A DNA stretch of 64,000 bases from Isurus oxyrinchus. Its lineage: Eukaryota. Of this stretch, positions 48,901 through 61,429 are shown piece after piece. Each line of letters starts with the position of its first letter. Position 1 is the stretch's first letter. The stretch lies in contig JANJGN010000007.1 of the NCBI GenBank assembly GCA_026770705.1, forward strand, positions 96,472,001 to 96,536,000. The letters are read 5' to 3'. The notes beneath the pieces are model-generated. The model saw nothing but the letters and a program-made list of their open reading frames with translations. It was not told where the DNA came from and did not search any database. The translations under genes were made by a program, and so were the position numbers.

Positions 48901-51900
48901 TGTAGTAATTATGCTTTTGTTAAATGTTGGACTGTACCTTTAAGAATAGGCATGTAATGTAAGATCACATGATCTGTATAAACCAATGTGTTAGCAGTGT
49001 AGAGATAGAGATGGAGTCGAAAGCACATGTTAGTTGCTGCTGGCTGTATTGTAAATAAACCTAATGCTTCCATTTAGAAAGGTACCTGCAGATCAACTCC
49101 ACTACAAATGGGCGACTCAACCATGCTATAACAAACTGGTGATGAGAATAAACTAGGATAAATCAAGATAAATCAGAATCAGTACTGTACCTCGTCCAGC
49201 GAATGTGATCATTTAAAATAACAGAAGATATACTCACCCAAAATGCCACACAATTTGGTAGAATCAATCCCTTGAGTCAGCCATTTGTCTCAGTATATAT
49301 ATAGTTCTATATACTGAGAAAAGGCAAGCAAACCTCTGGGGTTCTTGTGAGAGCAAAACCTACAGTTTGATTCAAAGTTTGATGGCACCCAGTCCCCCAG
49401 ATTCAAAGGATTTTGGAGAATTGGTGGACCTCATGAAGGAACATTTTCAACCCAAGCCCTCAGTCATGATGCAGAGGTTCCAGTTTAATTCATGAAATAG
49501 AGCCCCAGGTGAGACAATTGCCAGCTATATGGAAAATTTGAAGAAACTAATGGAACATTGTGAGTTCAGTGAGACTCCAAACGACATGCTCAGAAATCAT
49601 TGTGTGTGGTGTGAAAAAAGACACTATTCAGAGAAGATTGCTGGCTGGAGTGAATCTGGATTTTAAGGAGGCATTAGAAATAGTGCTGGCCATGGAAAGT
49701 GCTGTAAAGATTCACAAGCAATACAAGGGGCCCAAAATGGCGCAGTACCAAATATCGGGTGGGAACAGTCAGCTGCAAATGGCACGAAAAACTCCACCGT
49801 GAAGCGGGAAACAGCATCCCCCCCACCACTAACCAAAAGAAAGAAAAAAAGATTTAGCAGCTAAATCGAAGAACAACTTTAATCGATATGGAAACAATGT
49901 CTTCTAGTGGCTGGCAGTTTAAGAAAATAGAAGGTTACTTTTGTCACAGAAATATACATATAATGAGATAGCGCAAAGAGAGATTTAAACTGGCTTGCAA
50001 ACAACAGAAGAAGCCCAATGAAATCTACAGCGTAGAAGAGCCTGAAGCAACACATTCTGACATCTATTCATTGTTTAACATGAAAGCTGGGAAGACAGCC
50101 AACATTTGTTATAGTACAAGTGAGTAGTAAACCAGTAAAAATGGAAGTAGACATGGGAGCTTCCAGTACTGTAATTGCAGAACAAAACTTCAGATATTTA
50201 AATAATGGGAAACATCAATTAAATTTAGAAAAAAACATCTGCCAAGCTGAAAATGTACACAGGCAAAGAAATCCAAGTAAAAGGTATCAGCAGAGTAACT
50301 GCCCATTATAGAAACCAATCGGCACAGCTATCAGTGATGGTAGTGAGATGCAGAGGACCAAGCCTTCTAGGGTGAATCTGATTAAGGGAAATCAACCTGG
50401 ATTAGCCAGTGAGATTTCAAAAGGAAGCTGGAAGATTTCACTTCTTGAAAAAGGAACAAGGCAAAGTATAGCAGAAAGAGCCCGGAGATTTCAAGGACCA
50501 CAACAGGATGAAAAAGAAGTGTATAAGGATTCAATAACCTGACGAAATGCAGTCTATCTCAAACAAAAACATGGAAGAGCAGCAGAAGAAGCTCAAGGAA
50601 ACCCTGCTGAATGACAGAGGTCAAGGCAAAGTGAGTAGCCTTTGCAAGGAAAAGGAAAACCTGTTAAAAAAAACCTTCACACACAACATGATTCCCTCAG
50701 GTCAAAGTTTGTGCCTCTGGAACAATACGAAGAGAAACAGAAAGAATTCAGCACCTCTCTGAACAAACTGAAGAACCAGTTGGTAGAGAAGACACAACAA
50801 TGTTCAATTTTCCAGGAGGCAGCCAACAAATACAACAAAGAGACAGAAGGGCTGAAGAATTTGGCTAAATGAAGCCAAAGAGGCTTTGAAAACAAACATC
50901 GGAGACCTTTCCAAGAGGCAAGCAGATAATGAAGTTTTGAAGACTCATCTACTGAACAAGTTGAGATTTCACCTGAGAGAACTCTGGCCAGCAGTGAAGT
51001 CAAAATGAAGAACAAGACCAAACTCTGCAATAGAAAGAAGACAAAAGGGAAGAAAGTTCTGAAAAGACAACAAAATAGTGGCTAGTAGCACCTATAAACA
51101 CACAAAGGAGGCAATAAACAAATTACCGAACTGTGCCTGCTTCGATATTATTCCAGTCCCAATGGTTTGCTGGATGATGATGCTGAAGAGAAAATCAGAG
51201 AGGTACAAGTTACTTCCAAAGCCTTCTCAGGAAAGAATACTAAATGCTATATAGACAAATATGAAGAAGTTAACAGGGGACTTGTTGGAGACCAAGCATG
51301 CACGCTTTCTTTTCCACTACAAAATGACCCCCCACATGACAACAGGAGCAACACCTGCAGAATTGTTGATGAGACGCCATCTTAGGACAAGGCTGAGCCT
51401 ACTATTTCCAAATTTGGAGGGGAAGGTGGATAAGAGTCAAGGAAATCAAAAAGCTACACATGACTTGCATAGTCGTGAAAGACAATTTACTGTCGGAGAA
51501 GCAGTATATATAAAGAATTTCGTGGAGGACCAAAGTGTTTACTGAGTAAAGTAAGTTCAGTGACCAGACCATTATCATACCATGTGGAAGTGGAAGGCTG
51601 GATCACCCGTAAGCATGTGGACCATTTAAGAAAAAGAGATACCACAAGATATGGTTCCACCTGTAAACATTACTGAACCAGCGTTTCCTGTTGAAGGTGC
51701 TCAACCAAGGACTGACATGTCTGATGTCTCTTTCAGAGTGGAAGGCAGTAAACTGCAAATGCCCACTGAGGTACCTGAGGTTCATGCAGTTCCAGAGAAT
51801 GTGGTTCCTGGAAAAGAACCTGAAGTCATGGAGCTGCGACATTCCACACGGATCAGGAAACCATCTGAAAGACTGAACTTGTAAATTTCATGACCTGTGT

Positions 51901-52225
51901 AAATATTATAATGTCATGAGATAAATATACTTGTAAATACAGTATGTACAGCAAAGTTAAAGGGGAGGAGTGTAGTAATTACGGTTTTGTCAATGTCAGA
52001 CTGTATCTTTACAAATAGTCTTGTGATGTAAGATCACATGATCTGTGTAAACCAATGTGTTAGCAGCGCAGGCTACCGCCACTGTCAGTGTAGAGAGAGA
52101 GGTGGAGTTGAAAGCACATGTGTAGTTGCTGCTGGCTGTACTGTAAATAAACCTAATGTTTCCACTTAGAAAGTTATCTGCAGATCAACACTATTACAAA
52201 TAGGCAGCAAAGCCACACTACAACT
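48901..52225 (+). mobile_element. Gypsy LTR retrotransposon with both LTRs, non-autonomous (RT/RNaseH absent)
   Basis: LTRs 48901-49133 and 51971-52225 (TGTAGTAATT...). PBS-like tggtgatgag at 49137. PPT aaaggggaggag. TSD atcat/gtcat. gag QPKPSVMMQRFQF...IQRRLLA, protease MEVDMGAS, integrase C-terminus RFLFHYKMTPHMTTGATPAELLM. Confidence 0.9.
50430..51000 (+). pseudogene. UACA: Captured host coiled-coil coding fragment resembling UACA
   Basis: MQSISNKNM...ETLLNDRGQGKVSSLCKE and KKNLHTQHDSLRSKFVPLEQYEEKQKEFSTSLNKLKNQLVEKTQQCS...ETEGLK align by eye to the recalled UACA coiled coil (KKELDTIQECIKVKYAPIVSFEECERKF...LKDQLSEQTQKYS). Frameshifted. Confidence 0.6.
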
Positions 52226-52499
52226 GTCATCAAATTAAATTTATTTTAATATCTAAATCACATGCAAAAATAGTTGAAGACAGCATTCGTATCAAAATTT
52301 AACACATTCCTGTGAAAATGTTACTTTACAACAACATCAACTTACATTTATACAGTGCCTTCAATGTAAAAAAAAAAATCCAAAAATGCTTCATCCAACA
52401 AAAATGGGCACCAAGGCAGAAACAGAGATAAAGATGGGATGATGCAAAGTTTGGTCAATGAGGTGGATTTTAAAAGGGAGAAAGAGGTTGAGAGGTTTA

Positions 52500-53060
52500 C
52501 AGCTTTACAATGTAGAATCACAAAATGTTTACAGCACAGAAAGAGACCATTTGGCTCATCATGTCTGTGCCAGCAACTCAGCTTCATAGCCCTGCTGTTT
52601 TTCTTCTCAGGTGTTTATCCAATTTCCTTTTGAAAGCCCCAAATAAATCAGCCTCCTCAAAGATCACAGGCAGTGAACTCCAGATTCTTACAACTTATTA
52701 CATTAAAAAGTTTTCTTCATATTGCCTTTGGTTCTTTTGCCAATCACTGTAACTCATTGTCCTCTGGGTCTCAAGGCATTTGCCAATAGATACAGTTCCT
52801 CTTTATCTACCCTGTCAAGATCCCTCATGATTTTGAAAACCTCTATCAAATATCCTCTCAGCGTCCTCTTCTGTAAGGAGAACAACCCCAGCTTTTCCAA
52901 ACTATCCATGCAACTAAAGTTTGCGCCCTTTGAAGTATTCTCGTGAAGCTTTTCTGCATCCTTTCTAAAGGTTTCACATCCTCCCTAAAGTCTTGTGCTT
53001 GAAGTTTGACACACTTTTCCATTTGAAGCCAAACCAGGATTTTGGATAGGTTTATCATAT
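52500..53060 (-). mobile_element. CR1 LINE 3' fragment
   Basis: FREDVKPLERMQKSFTR; CR1 3' UTR. Confidence 0.7.
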
Positions 53061-53145
53061 GTTTTCCACATGTGTTTTAAAAGTTTTGCTCAAAACTCTG
53101 TTGCCTGGAATTTCCAGCCTGCTTGTCAAGCATTCCCAACAGCAA

Positions 53146-53951
53146 TAAAAACAAAGAAACTGCGGATGCTGGAAATCCAAAACAAAAACAGAATTACCTG
53201 GAAAAACTCAGCAGGTCTGGCAGCATCGGCGGAGAAGAAAAGAGTTGACGTTTCGAGTCCTCATGACCCTTCGACAGAACTTGAGTTCGAGTCCAAGAAA
53301 GAGTTGAAATTTAAGCTGGTTTAAGGTGTGTGTGTGTGGGGGTGGGGGGCTGGGGGGGCGTGGCGGAGAGAGAGAGAGAGAGAGAGAGAAGTGGAGGGGG
53401 GTGTGGTTGTAGGGACAAACAAGCAGTGATAGAAGCAGATCATCAAAAGATGTCAACAACAACAGAACAAAAGAACACATAGGTGTCAAAGTTGGTGATA
53501 TTATCTAAATGAATGTGCTAATTAAGAATGGATGGTAGGGCACTCAAGGTATAGCTATAGTGGGGGTGGGGAGAGCATAAAAGATTTTAAGATATTTAAA
53601 AATAATGGAAATCGGTGGGAAAAGAAAAATCTATATAATTTATTGGAAAAAAAAGGAAGGGGGAAACAGAAAGGGGGTGGGGATGGGGGAGGGAGCTCAC
53701 GATCTAAAGTTGTTGAATTCAATATTCAGTCCGGAAGGCTGTAAAGTGCCTAGTCGGAAGATGAGGTGTTGTTCCTCCAGTTTGCGTTGGGCTTCACTGG
53801 AACAATGCAGCAAGCCAAGGACAGAGAGTGGGCAAGAGAGCAGGGTGGAGTGTTAAAATGGCCAGCGACAGGGAGGTTTGGGTCATTCTTGCGGACAGAC
53901 CGCAGGTGTTCTGCAAAGCGGTTGCCCAGTTTACGTTTGGTCTCTCCAATG
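53146..53951 (-). mobile_element. Penelope-like element, 3' portion (GIY-YIG C-terminus plus terminal repeat)
   Basis: IGETKRKLGNRFAEHLRSVRKND; 11-bp TSD cccaacagcaa (53135-45, 53952-62). Confidence 0.88.
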
Positions 53952-53962
53952 CCCAACAGCAA

Positions 53963-54297
53963 ACTCACCAAGGCTCCTTCGACAGCAGCTTCCAAACCCA
54001 CCACCACTCCCACCCAGAAGGAGAAGGGCAGCAGGTACATGGGAACACCACCACCTGGAAGTTCCCCTCCAAGCCAGTCAGCACCCTGGCTTGGAAATAT
54101 ATCATTGTTCCTTCACTGTCGCTGGATCAAAATCCTGGAACTCCCTTCCTAACAGCACTGTGGGTGTACCTACACCACATGGGCTTCAGTAGTTTAAGAA
54201 GGCAGCTCACAACCACCTTTTCAAGGACAATTAGGGATGGACAATAAATGCAGACCCAGCCAGCGAAACCCGCACCCCATAAATGAATTTGAAAAAA
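53963..54297 (+). mobile_element. LINE-B 3' end
   Basis: NSPRLLRQQLPNP...SWNSLPNS and the family tail. Confidence 0.75.
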
Positions 54298-54494
54298 TGG
54301 TGCACACACACAGAATAAATGACCATATCTACTTTGGGCCTTTTAACTCCCTTAACATCCTTCCATAATAGGCCTCAATCAATTCAGAAATTATTTAACA
54401 TTAAGATGGTAAATATTAACACTTTCTTCAAATCTCTTATTAAGCGTATAGGCAAGCTCAATATATTATTTTCCCAACATAATATGCTTTCAAT

Positions 54495-56755
54495 GAATCA
54501 CAGAATCAGAGAATCACAGAATCACACAGTGCAGAAAAGGCTCTTTGGCCCATTGAGTCTGCATTGACATGTGAGAAACACCTGACCTACCTACCTAATC
54601 CTATTTACCAGCACTTGGCCCATAGCCTTGAATGTTATGACGTGCCAATTGCTCATCCAGGTACTTTTTAAAGGATGTGAGGCAACCCACCTCCACCACC
54701 CTCCCAGGTAGGGCATTCCAGACTGTCATCACCCTCTGGGTAAAAAGGTTTTCTTCACATTCCCCCCTAAACCTCCTGCCCCTCGCCTTGAAATTTTGTT
54801 CCCTCACGACTTACCCTTCAACTAAGGGGAACATCTGCTCCCTATCCACCCTGTCCATGTCCCTCATAATCATGTACAGCTCAATCAGGTCGCCCCTCAC
54901 TCTTCTCTGCTCCAACGAAAACAAGCCAAGCCTATCCAACCTCTCTTCGTAACTTAAATGTTTCATTCCAGGCAACATCCTGGTGAATCTCATCTGCACC
55001 CTCTCCAGTGCAATCACATCCTTCCTGTAATGTGGCGTCCAAAACTGCACACAGTACTGCAGCATGGGTCCTCACCAAGGTTCGATAGAACTCCAACATG
55101 ACCTCCCTACTTTTGTGATCTATGCCTCGATTGATAAAGGTAAGAGTCCAAAATGCCTTTTTCACCACCCACTAACATGCCCCTCCACCTTCAGAGATAT
55201 GGATACACACACCAAGGTCCCTTTGTTCCTCAGAACGTCCTAGTGTCATGTCACTCATTGTAATACTTCCTTATCAAATTACTCCTTCAAAAGTGTATCA
55301 CCTCACACTTTTCAGGGTTAAATGCTATCTGCCACTTATCTGCCCATTTGACCATCCCGTCTATATCTTCCTGTAGCCCAAGACACTCAACCTCACTGTT
55401 AGCCACCTGGTCAATCCTTGTGTCATCTGCAAATTTACAAATCCAACCCCCAACATAGTCATCTATGTCGTTTATATAAATGATGAATAACAGCGGACCC
55501 AGCACAGTTCTCTGTGGTACGTCACTGGGCACGGGCTTCCAGTCACTAAAGCAGCCTTCTGTCATCACCCTCTGTCTCCTACAACTAAGCCAATTTTGAA
55601 TCCACCTTACAAATTACCTCATATCCCATGTGCATTTGCCTTCTTTATAAGTTTCCCATGTGCGACCTTGTCAAAGGCTTTGCTGAAATCCATATAAACT
55701 ACATCAACTATACTACCCTTATCTACACAACTGGTCACCTCCTCAAAAAATTCAATCAAATTTGTTAGGTATGACCTCCCTCTGACAAAGCCACGTTGAC
55801 TATCCCTGATTAAACCTTGCCTCTCCAAGGGAGAAAGAAACTCTCCTTCAGAATTTTCTCCAATAGTCTCCCTACCACTTGCATGAGACTCACTGACCTG
55901 TAGCTCCCTGGCTTATCTCTGCAACCCTTCATAAATAGCAGAACCACATTAGCTGTTCTCCAGTCCTCTGGCACCTCCCTCCAGAGGACTTAAAAATTTG
56001 GGTCAGAGTGCCTGTGATCTCCTCCCTTGCCTGCCTCAGCAGTCTGGGACACAAATCATCTGGACCTGGAGATTTGTCCACTTTTAAGCCTGCCAACACC
56101 TCCAATACCTTGTCACTCCCTATATCAATTTGCTCAGGAACCTCGCAGTCCCTCTCCCTGAGTTCCATGCCTTCATCCTCATTCTCTTGGGTGAAGATGG
56201 ATGTGAAGCATTCTTTCAACCCTTTCTACCGATGTCATCTGGCTCCATCCATAGATTGCCTCCTTGGTCCCTAATGGGCCGTACTCTTTCCCTGGTTATG
56301 CTCTTCCCATTGATATACTTATAGAACATCTTGGGATTTTCCATACTTTTACCAGCCAGAACTTTCTCATATCCCCTCTTTGCTCTCCTAATTGCTTTCT
56401 TAAGCTTCACCCTGCACTTGCTGTACTCCACTATTGCCTCTGCTGATTTGGTCCCCTTGTACCTGCTAGAAGCCTCTCTTTTCCGTCTCATCGTATCCTG
56501 AATATCTCTGGTCATCCATGGTTCTCTGGGCTTCTTACTCCTTCCTATCACCCTAGAGGGAATATGTTGAGCCTGTACCCTTCCCATTTCATTTTTGAAC
56601 ACCTCCCCCCACAACTGCACTTCTGTAGATTTCTCCACAAGTAGTTGTTCCCAGTCTACCTTGGCCAGATTCTGCCTTATTTTACTAAAATCTGCTCTCC
56701 CCAAGCCAAAACATTTTTTTCCAACTTGTCTATTCTTTTGTCCATAACAAACTTA
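54495..56755 (-). mobile_element. Young CR1 LINE (about 2.3 kb, part of ORF2)
   Basis: (aatcacag)n tail at 54496-54526; RADFSKIR, KSPGPDDLCPRLL, SQRGFVRGRS, KFADDTR. Same subfamily as 43138-43870. Confidence 0.9.
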
Positions 56756-56892
56756 AAATTCATCATTGAATTAGATACTTGGACTAAACAATTAAAAACT
56801 TTGCCTTTCTGGGCCCCCTGGTGATGCTAAACTGAGACACCCCTCCCCTACACTCCAGCATACTCCTGTAATCAGACAGCTTTACTAATGGA

Positions 56893-58988
56893 TAAAAACA
56901 AAAAACTGCGGATGCTGGAAATCCAGAACAAAAACAGAATTACCTGGAAAAACTCAGCCGGTCTGGCAGCATTGGCAGAGAAGAAAAGAGTTGACGTTTC
57001 GAGTCCTCATGACCATTCAGCAGAACTGGGGGTGAATCCAAGGAGAGGGGAGAAATATAAGCTGCTTTAAGGTGGGGAGGGGGGGTTGAGTGTGGGAGAG
57101 AAGAGGAGGGGGGTGTGGTTGTAGGGACAAGCAAGCAGTGATAGGAGCAGATAATCAAAAGATGTCACAGACAAAAGAACAATAGAACACATAGGTGTTA
57201 AAGTTGGTGATATTATCTAAACAAATGTGCTAATTAAGAATGGATGGTAGGGCATTCAAGGTATAGCTCTTGTGGGGATGGGGGTCATAAAAGATTTAAA
57301 AATAATGGAAATCGGTGGGAAAAGAACTATCTATATAAATTATTGGAAAAACAAAAGGAAGGGGGAAGAAACAGGAAGGGGGTGGGGATGGAGGAGGGAG
57401 GTCAAGATCTAAAGTTGTTGAATTCAATATTCAGTCCGGAAGGCTGTAAAGTGCCTAGTCGGAAGATGAGATGCTGTTCCCCCAGTTTGCGTTGGGCTTC
57501 ACTGGAACAATGCAGCAAGCCAAGGACAGACATGTGGGCAAGAGAGCAGGGTGGAGTGTTAAAATGACAATCGACAGGGAGGTTTGGGTCATTTTTGTGG
57601 ACAGACGGCAGGTGTTCTGCAAAGCGGTCGCCCAGTTTACGTTTGGTCTCTCCAATGTAGAGGAGACCACATTGGGAGCAAGGAATGCAGTAGACTAAGT
57701 TGGGGGAAATGCAAGTGAAATACATCTGTTCTGATGATACTACCTTCGAAAACAGTTCCTCTGACATGTCCTCCTTCTTCCTTAACTGAGGTTTTCCACC
57801 CACGGTGGTTGACAGGGCCCTCAACTGTGTCCGGCCCATCTCCCGCGCATCCTCCCTCATGCCTTCTCCTCCCTCCCAGAAACATGATAGGGTCCCCCTT
57901 GTCCTCACTTATCACCCCACCAGCCTCCGCTTTCAAAGGATCATCCTCCGCCATTTCCACCAACTCCAGCATGATGCCACCACCAAACACGTCTTCCCTT
58001 CACTCCCCCGGCGGCTTTCCGTAGGGATCGTTCCCTCCAGGACACCCTGGTCCATTCCTCCATCACCCCCTACTCCTCAACATCCACCTATGGCACCTCC
58101 CAATGCTCACGCAAAAGATGCAACACCTGCCCCTTCACTTCCTCTCTCCTCACTGTCCAAGGGCCCAAACACTCCTTTCAAGTGAAGCAGCATTTCACTT
58201 GCATTTCCCCCAACTTAGTCCACTGCATTCGTTGCTCCCAATGCGGTCTCCTCTACATTGGAGAGACCAAACGTAAACTGGGCAACCGCTTTATAGAACA
58301 CCTGCGGTCTGTCCGCAAGAATGACCCAAACCTTCCTGTCGCTTGCCATTTTAACACTCCACCCTGCTCTCTTGCCCACATGTCTGTCCTTGGCTTGCTG
58401 CATTGTTCCAGTGAAGCCCAACGCAAACTGGAGGAACAACACCTCATCTTCCGACTAGGCACTTTATAGCCTTCCGGACTGAATATTGAATTCAACAACT
58501 TTAGATCTTGACCTCCCTCCTCCAACCCCACCCCCTTTCTGTTTCTTCCCACTTCCTTTTGTTTTTTCCAATAATTTATATAGATTTTTCTTTTCTCACC
58601 GATTTCCATTATTTTTAAATATTTTATGCCCTCCCACCCCCACTAGAGCTATACCTTGAATGCTCTACCATCCATTCTTAATTAGCACATTTGTTTAGAT
58701 AATATCACCAACTTCAACACCTTTGTGTTCTTTTGTTCTTTTGTCTGTGACATCTTTTGATTATCTGCTCCTATCACTGCTTGCTTGTCCCTACAACCAC
58801 CCCCCTCCACTACTCTCCCACGACTCAACCCCACCCCCTCCACCTTAAACCAGCTTATATTTCACCCCTCTCCTTGGATTCACCCAGTTCTGCTGAAGGG
58901 TCATGAGGACTCGAAATGTCAACTCTTTTCTTCTCCGCCTATGCTGCCAGACCTGCTGAGTTTTTCCATGTAATTCTGTTTTTGTTTT
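56893..58988. mobile_element. Inverted-repeat (hairpin) Penelope-like retroelement with GIY-YIG endonuclease remnant
   Basis: Minus arm 56893-57721 and plus arm 57722-58988. HFTCISPNLVHCIRCSQCGLLYIGETKRKL...EHL. 15-bp TSD agctttactaatgga (56878-92, 58989-59003). Confidence 0.92.
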
Positions 58989-59034
58989 AGCTTTACTAAT
59001 GGAGCTGCTCCCAACCCTGGGGTTCCCAGACCCT

Positions 59035-59230
59035 CTGCACTGCTTCCAAACCTTCCCCAGTTCCTCCAGAGCCCCCTCAGAGACTCCAGAACCTCCCCAG
59101 TTCCTCCTTACCATCTCCAGTGCCCCCAGAGCCTCCCCAGTGACTCCAAACCCTTCCCAGTGACTCCAAACCCTCCCTAATGACTCCACATCTTTCTAAT
59201 CACCTCAGACTCTCCCCAGTCTCTCCAGTG
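59035..59230. repeat. Degenerate minisatellite, about 20-bp unit (ccctccccagtgactccaaa-like)
   Basis: Repeated cccagtgactccaaaccc / ccccagttcctcc units. Confidence 0.7.
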
Positions 59231-60414
59231 TCATGGGTCAGGAATCACACTGTATGTGTCACACTTGCTTTAATGTCATATTCAAGAAATGTAGACATTT
59301 AGAAATCAAAAGCTTATCTGACCAATCAGAATAATTAACTACTCTACACAGGAACAAATTAGCTACTCCCAGATAAACAGGGTAATTATTATCCATGCAA
59401 TAATTTAAACATTTGCAAAATATATATTCTGATTTTCCCAGAGGAATTCTGCAATGAGGCCTTATATTTACCATGAGACTGAGGCTGGAGCTTTGCTCAG
59501 AGGACACTGTCAGCACTCTAGTGTGCTGATTTTCTAGCTGCCTTGTGCATACTCCAGATATCCTGCTGACTCCTGTAGACATCACCGAAATGGTACCAAA
59601 TACATCAGACACGCGAAGAGATGAGAGAAACTGGGTTTTTCTTCACAGCAGAGAATGCTAAGGGGAGACTTGATAAAAGTGATCAAAATATTGAAGGGTT
59701 TTGAAAGAGTAAATAAGGTAAAACTATTTTCATCAGCAGAAGGGTTGCTTTAACATATTTGACAAAAGAATCCGAGGCAACACATGGAAACAATTTTAAA
59801 AATCTATCCAGTTGTTGTGATTGGGAACGCATTGTCTCAAGGGGTAGTGGAACCAGATTCAATAATAAATTTATAGGGAATTGGATAAACATTGGAAAGG
59901 GAAATTTGCTTGGCCATGGGAAAAGAGCAGGGATGTGGGACTGCTTTGATAATCCTTTGAATCATCTAGTACAGGCACAATGGGCCAAATGCTCTCCTTC
60001 TATGTTGTATGATTCTATATTTCATGATTGACTATCTTTAGTGATTTTCCATCCATCACTTACATCAAGTGCTTCCTGACCTCCCACCAATGTCCCTGCT
60101 TTCTCGTCCAATCGCATGCCCATTCCAAGTACATGCCAGCTTGCCCATATGTCTGTGAAGAGTGCTTTCTGCCCCCATCCTCCCACCAACTCACCCATCA
60201 TTGAACCATAGAACCCATGCACTGACCAATCACATCTCTCTTTGCCACCACACAGCTCCTAACATCACTGCTTTGTTCATTGGTTTATGTAAAGCCTCAT
60301 CAGGGTTTGATGCCAAATTGACAACCCACTCCCATAAATGCATTTTCTTTCCTCATCGCACTTTCTAGCTTGAATTCCAATGAATGTTTCTGTCTTAAAG
60401 CTCATGATATATAA

Positions 60415-61075
60415 TAGTGCAGCAAGCAATTGGGAAAACAGGTGTTGACTTTCATTGCAAGGGAACTGAAGTACAGGAATAAAGAAGGCTTGCTACAATT
60501 GGACAGGGCTTGGTGAGACCACACCTGGAATACTGTGTGTAATTTTGTTATCCGTTCTTAAGGAAGGATATACTTGTCATGTAAGCTGTATAGTGAAGAT
60601 TCACTAGGTTGGCTCCTGGGATGAAAGGGTTGTCCTATGATGAGAGGCTGAGTAAATTGGGACGATATTCTGTGAAGTTTTGAAGAATGAGAGGTGATCT
60701 CAATGAAACATACAAGATTTTGAAGGAGTTTAACAGAGTAGATGGACACTGTGAAGGTTGTTACTCCTGGCTAGGGAATCTGGGGCATGGAGTCACAGCC
60801 TTAGGATAAGAACGATGATTTAAGACTGAGATGAGGAGAACTTTCTTCAATCAAAGGGTTGTGGATCCTAAGAATTCTCTACCCCAGAGGGTTGTGGATG
60901 CTCCACCACTGAATATGTTTAAGGCAGTGATAACCAGATTTTTGGTCTCTCAGGGAACCAATGGATATAGGGAGCGGGTGGAAAGTGGAGTTGAAGACAA
61001 AGATCACTATCATCACCTGAATGGTAGAACAGATTCAACGGGCAGCATGACCTTCTCCTGCTCCTAATCCTTATG
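60415..61075 (+). mobile_element. CR1 LINE 3' fragment
   Basis: RRTFFNQRVVDPKNSLPQRVV; CR1 tail. Confidence 0.75.
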
Positions 61076-61429
61076 CAATGATGCTTCCATTACTGTACAG
61101 TCTTTGTAAACCTCTTCACTGCTTTCTTTCAACAACACCTTATTGCTGTCTTCCAATGGAGATTAAAAACCTGATTCTCCCCAGCTGCTAATGACAGGAT
61201 ATAACATTTAACACTGAGCCAACGACCCATTTATATCACACCCACACTGCCTGGGGTTGCTACTGGGCCTGGACCATGTCCTGCACCCATTCCCATGAAA
61301 ATAAGGCAGGAAGGAGGCATTCCTGGCTCTTTAGTCCATTACCCCATCCTTGTTTTATTTTCTGTCACGATTCCTGTTTAATCTGAATGGAAATCTCACT
61401 GTTCAACCATTTCAGTTCATTTCAGAGTA

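Noticed and set aside
59259-59612. 117-aa minus-strand ORF with internal donor-like site
   Set aside because: No recognisable domain and no partner exons.
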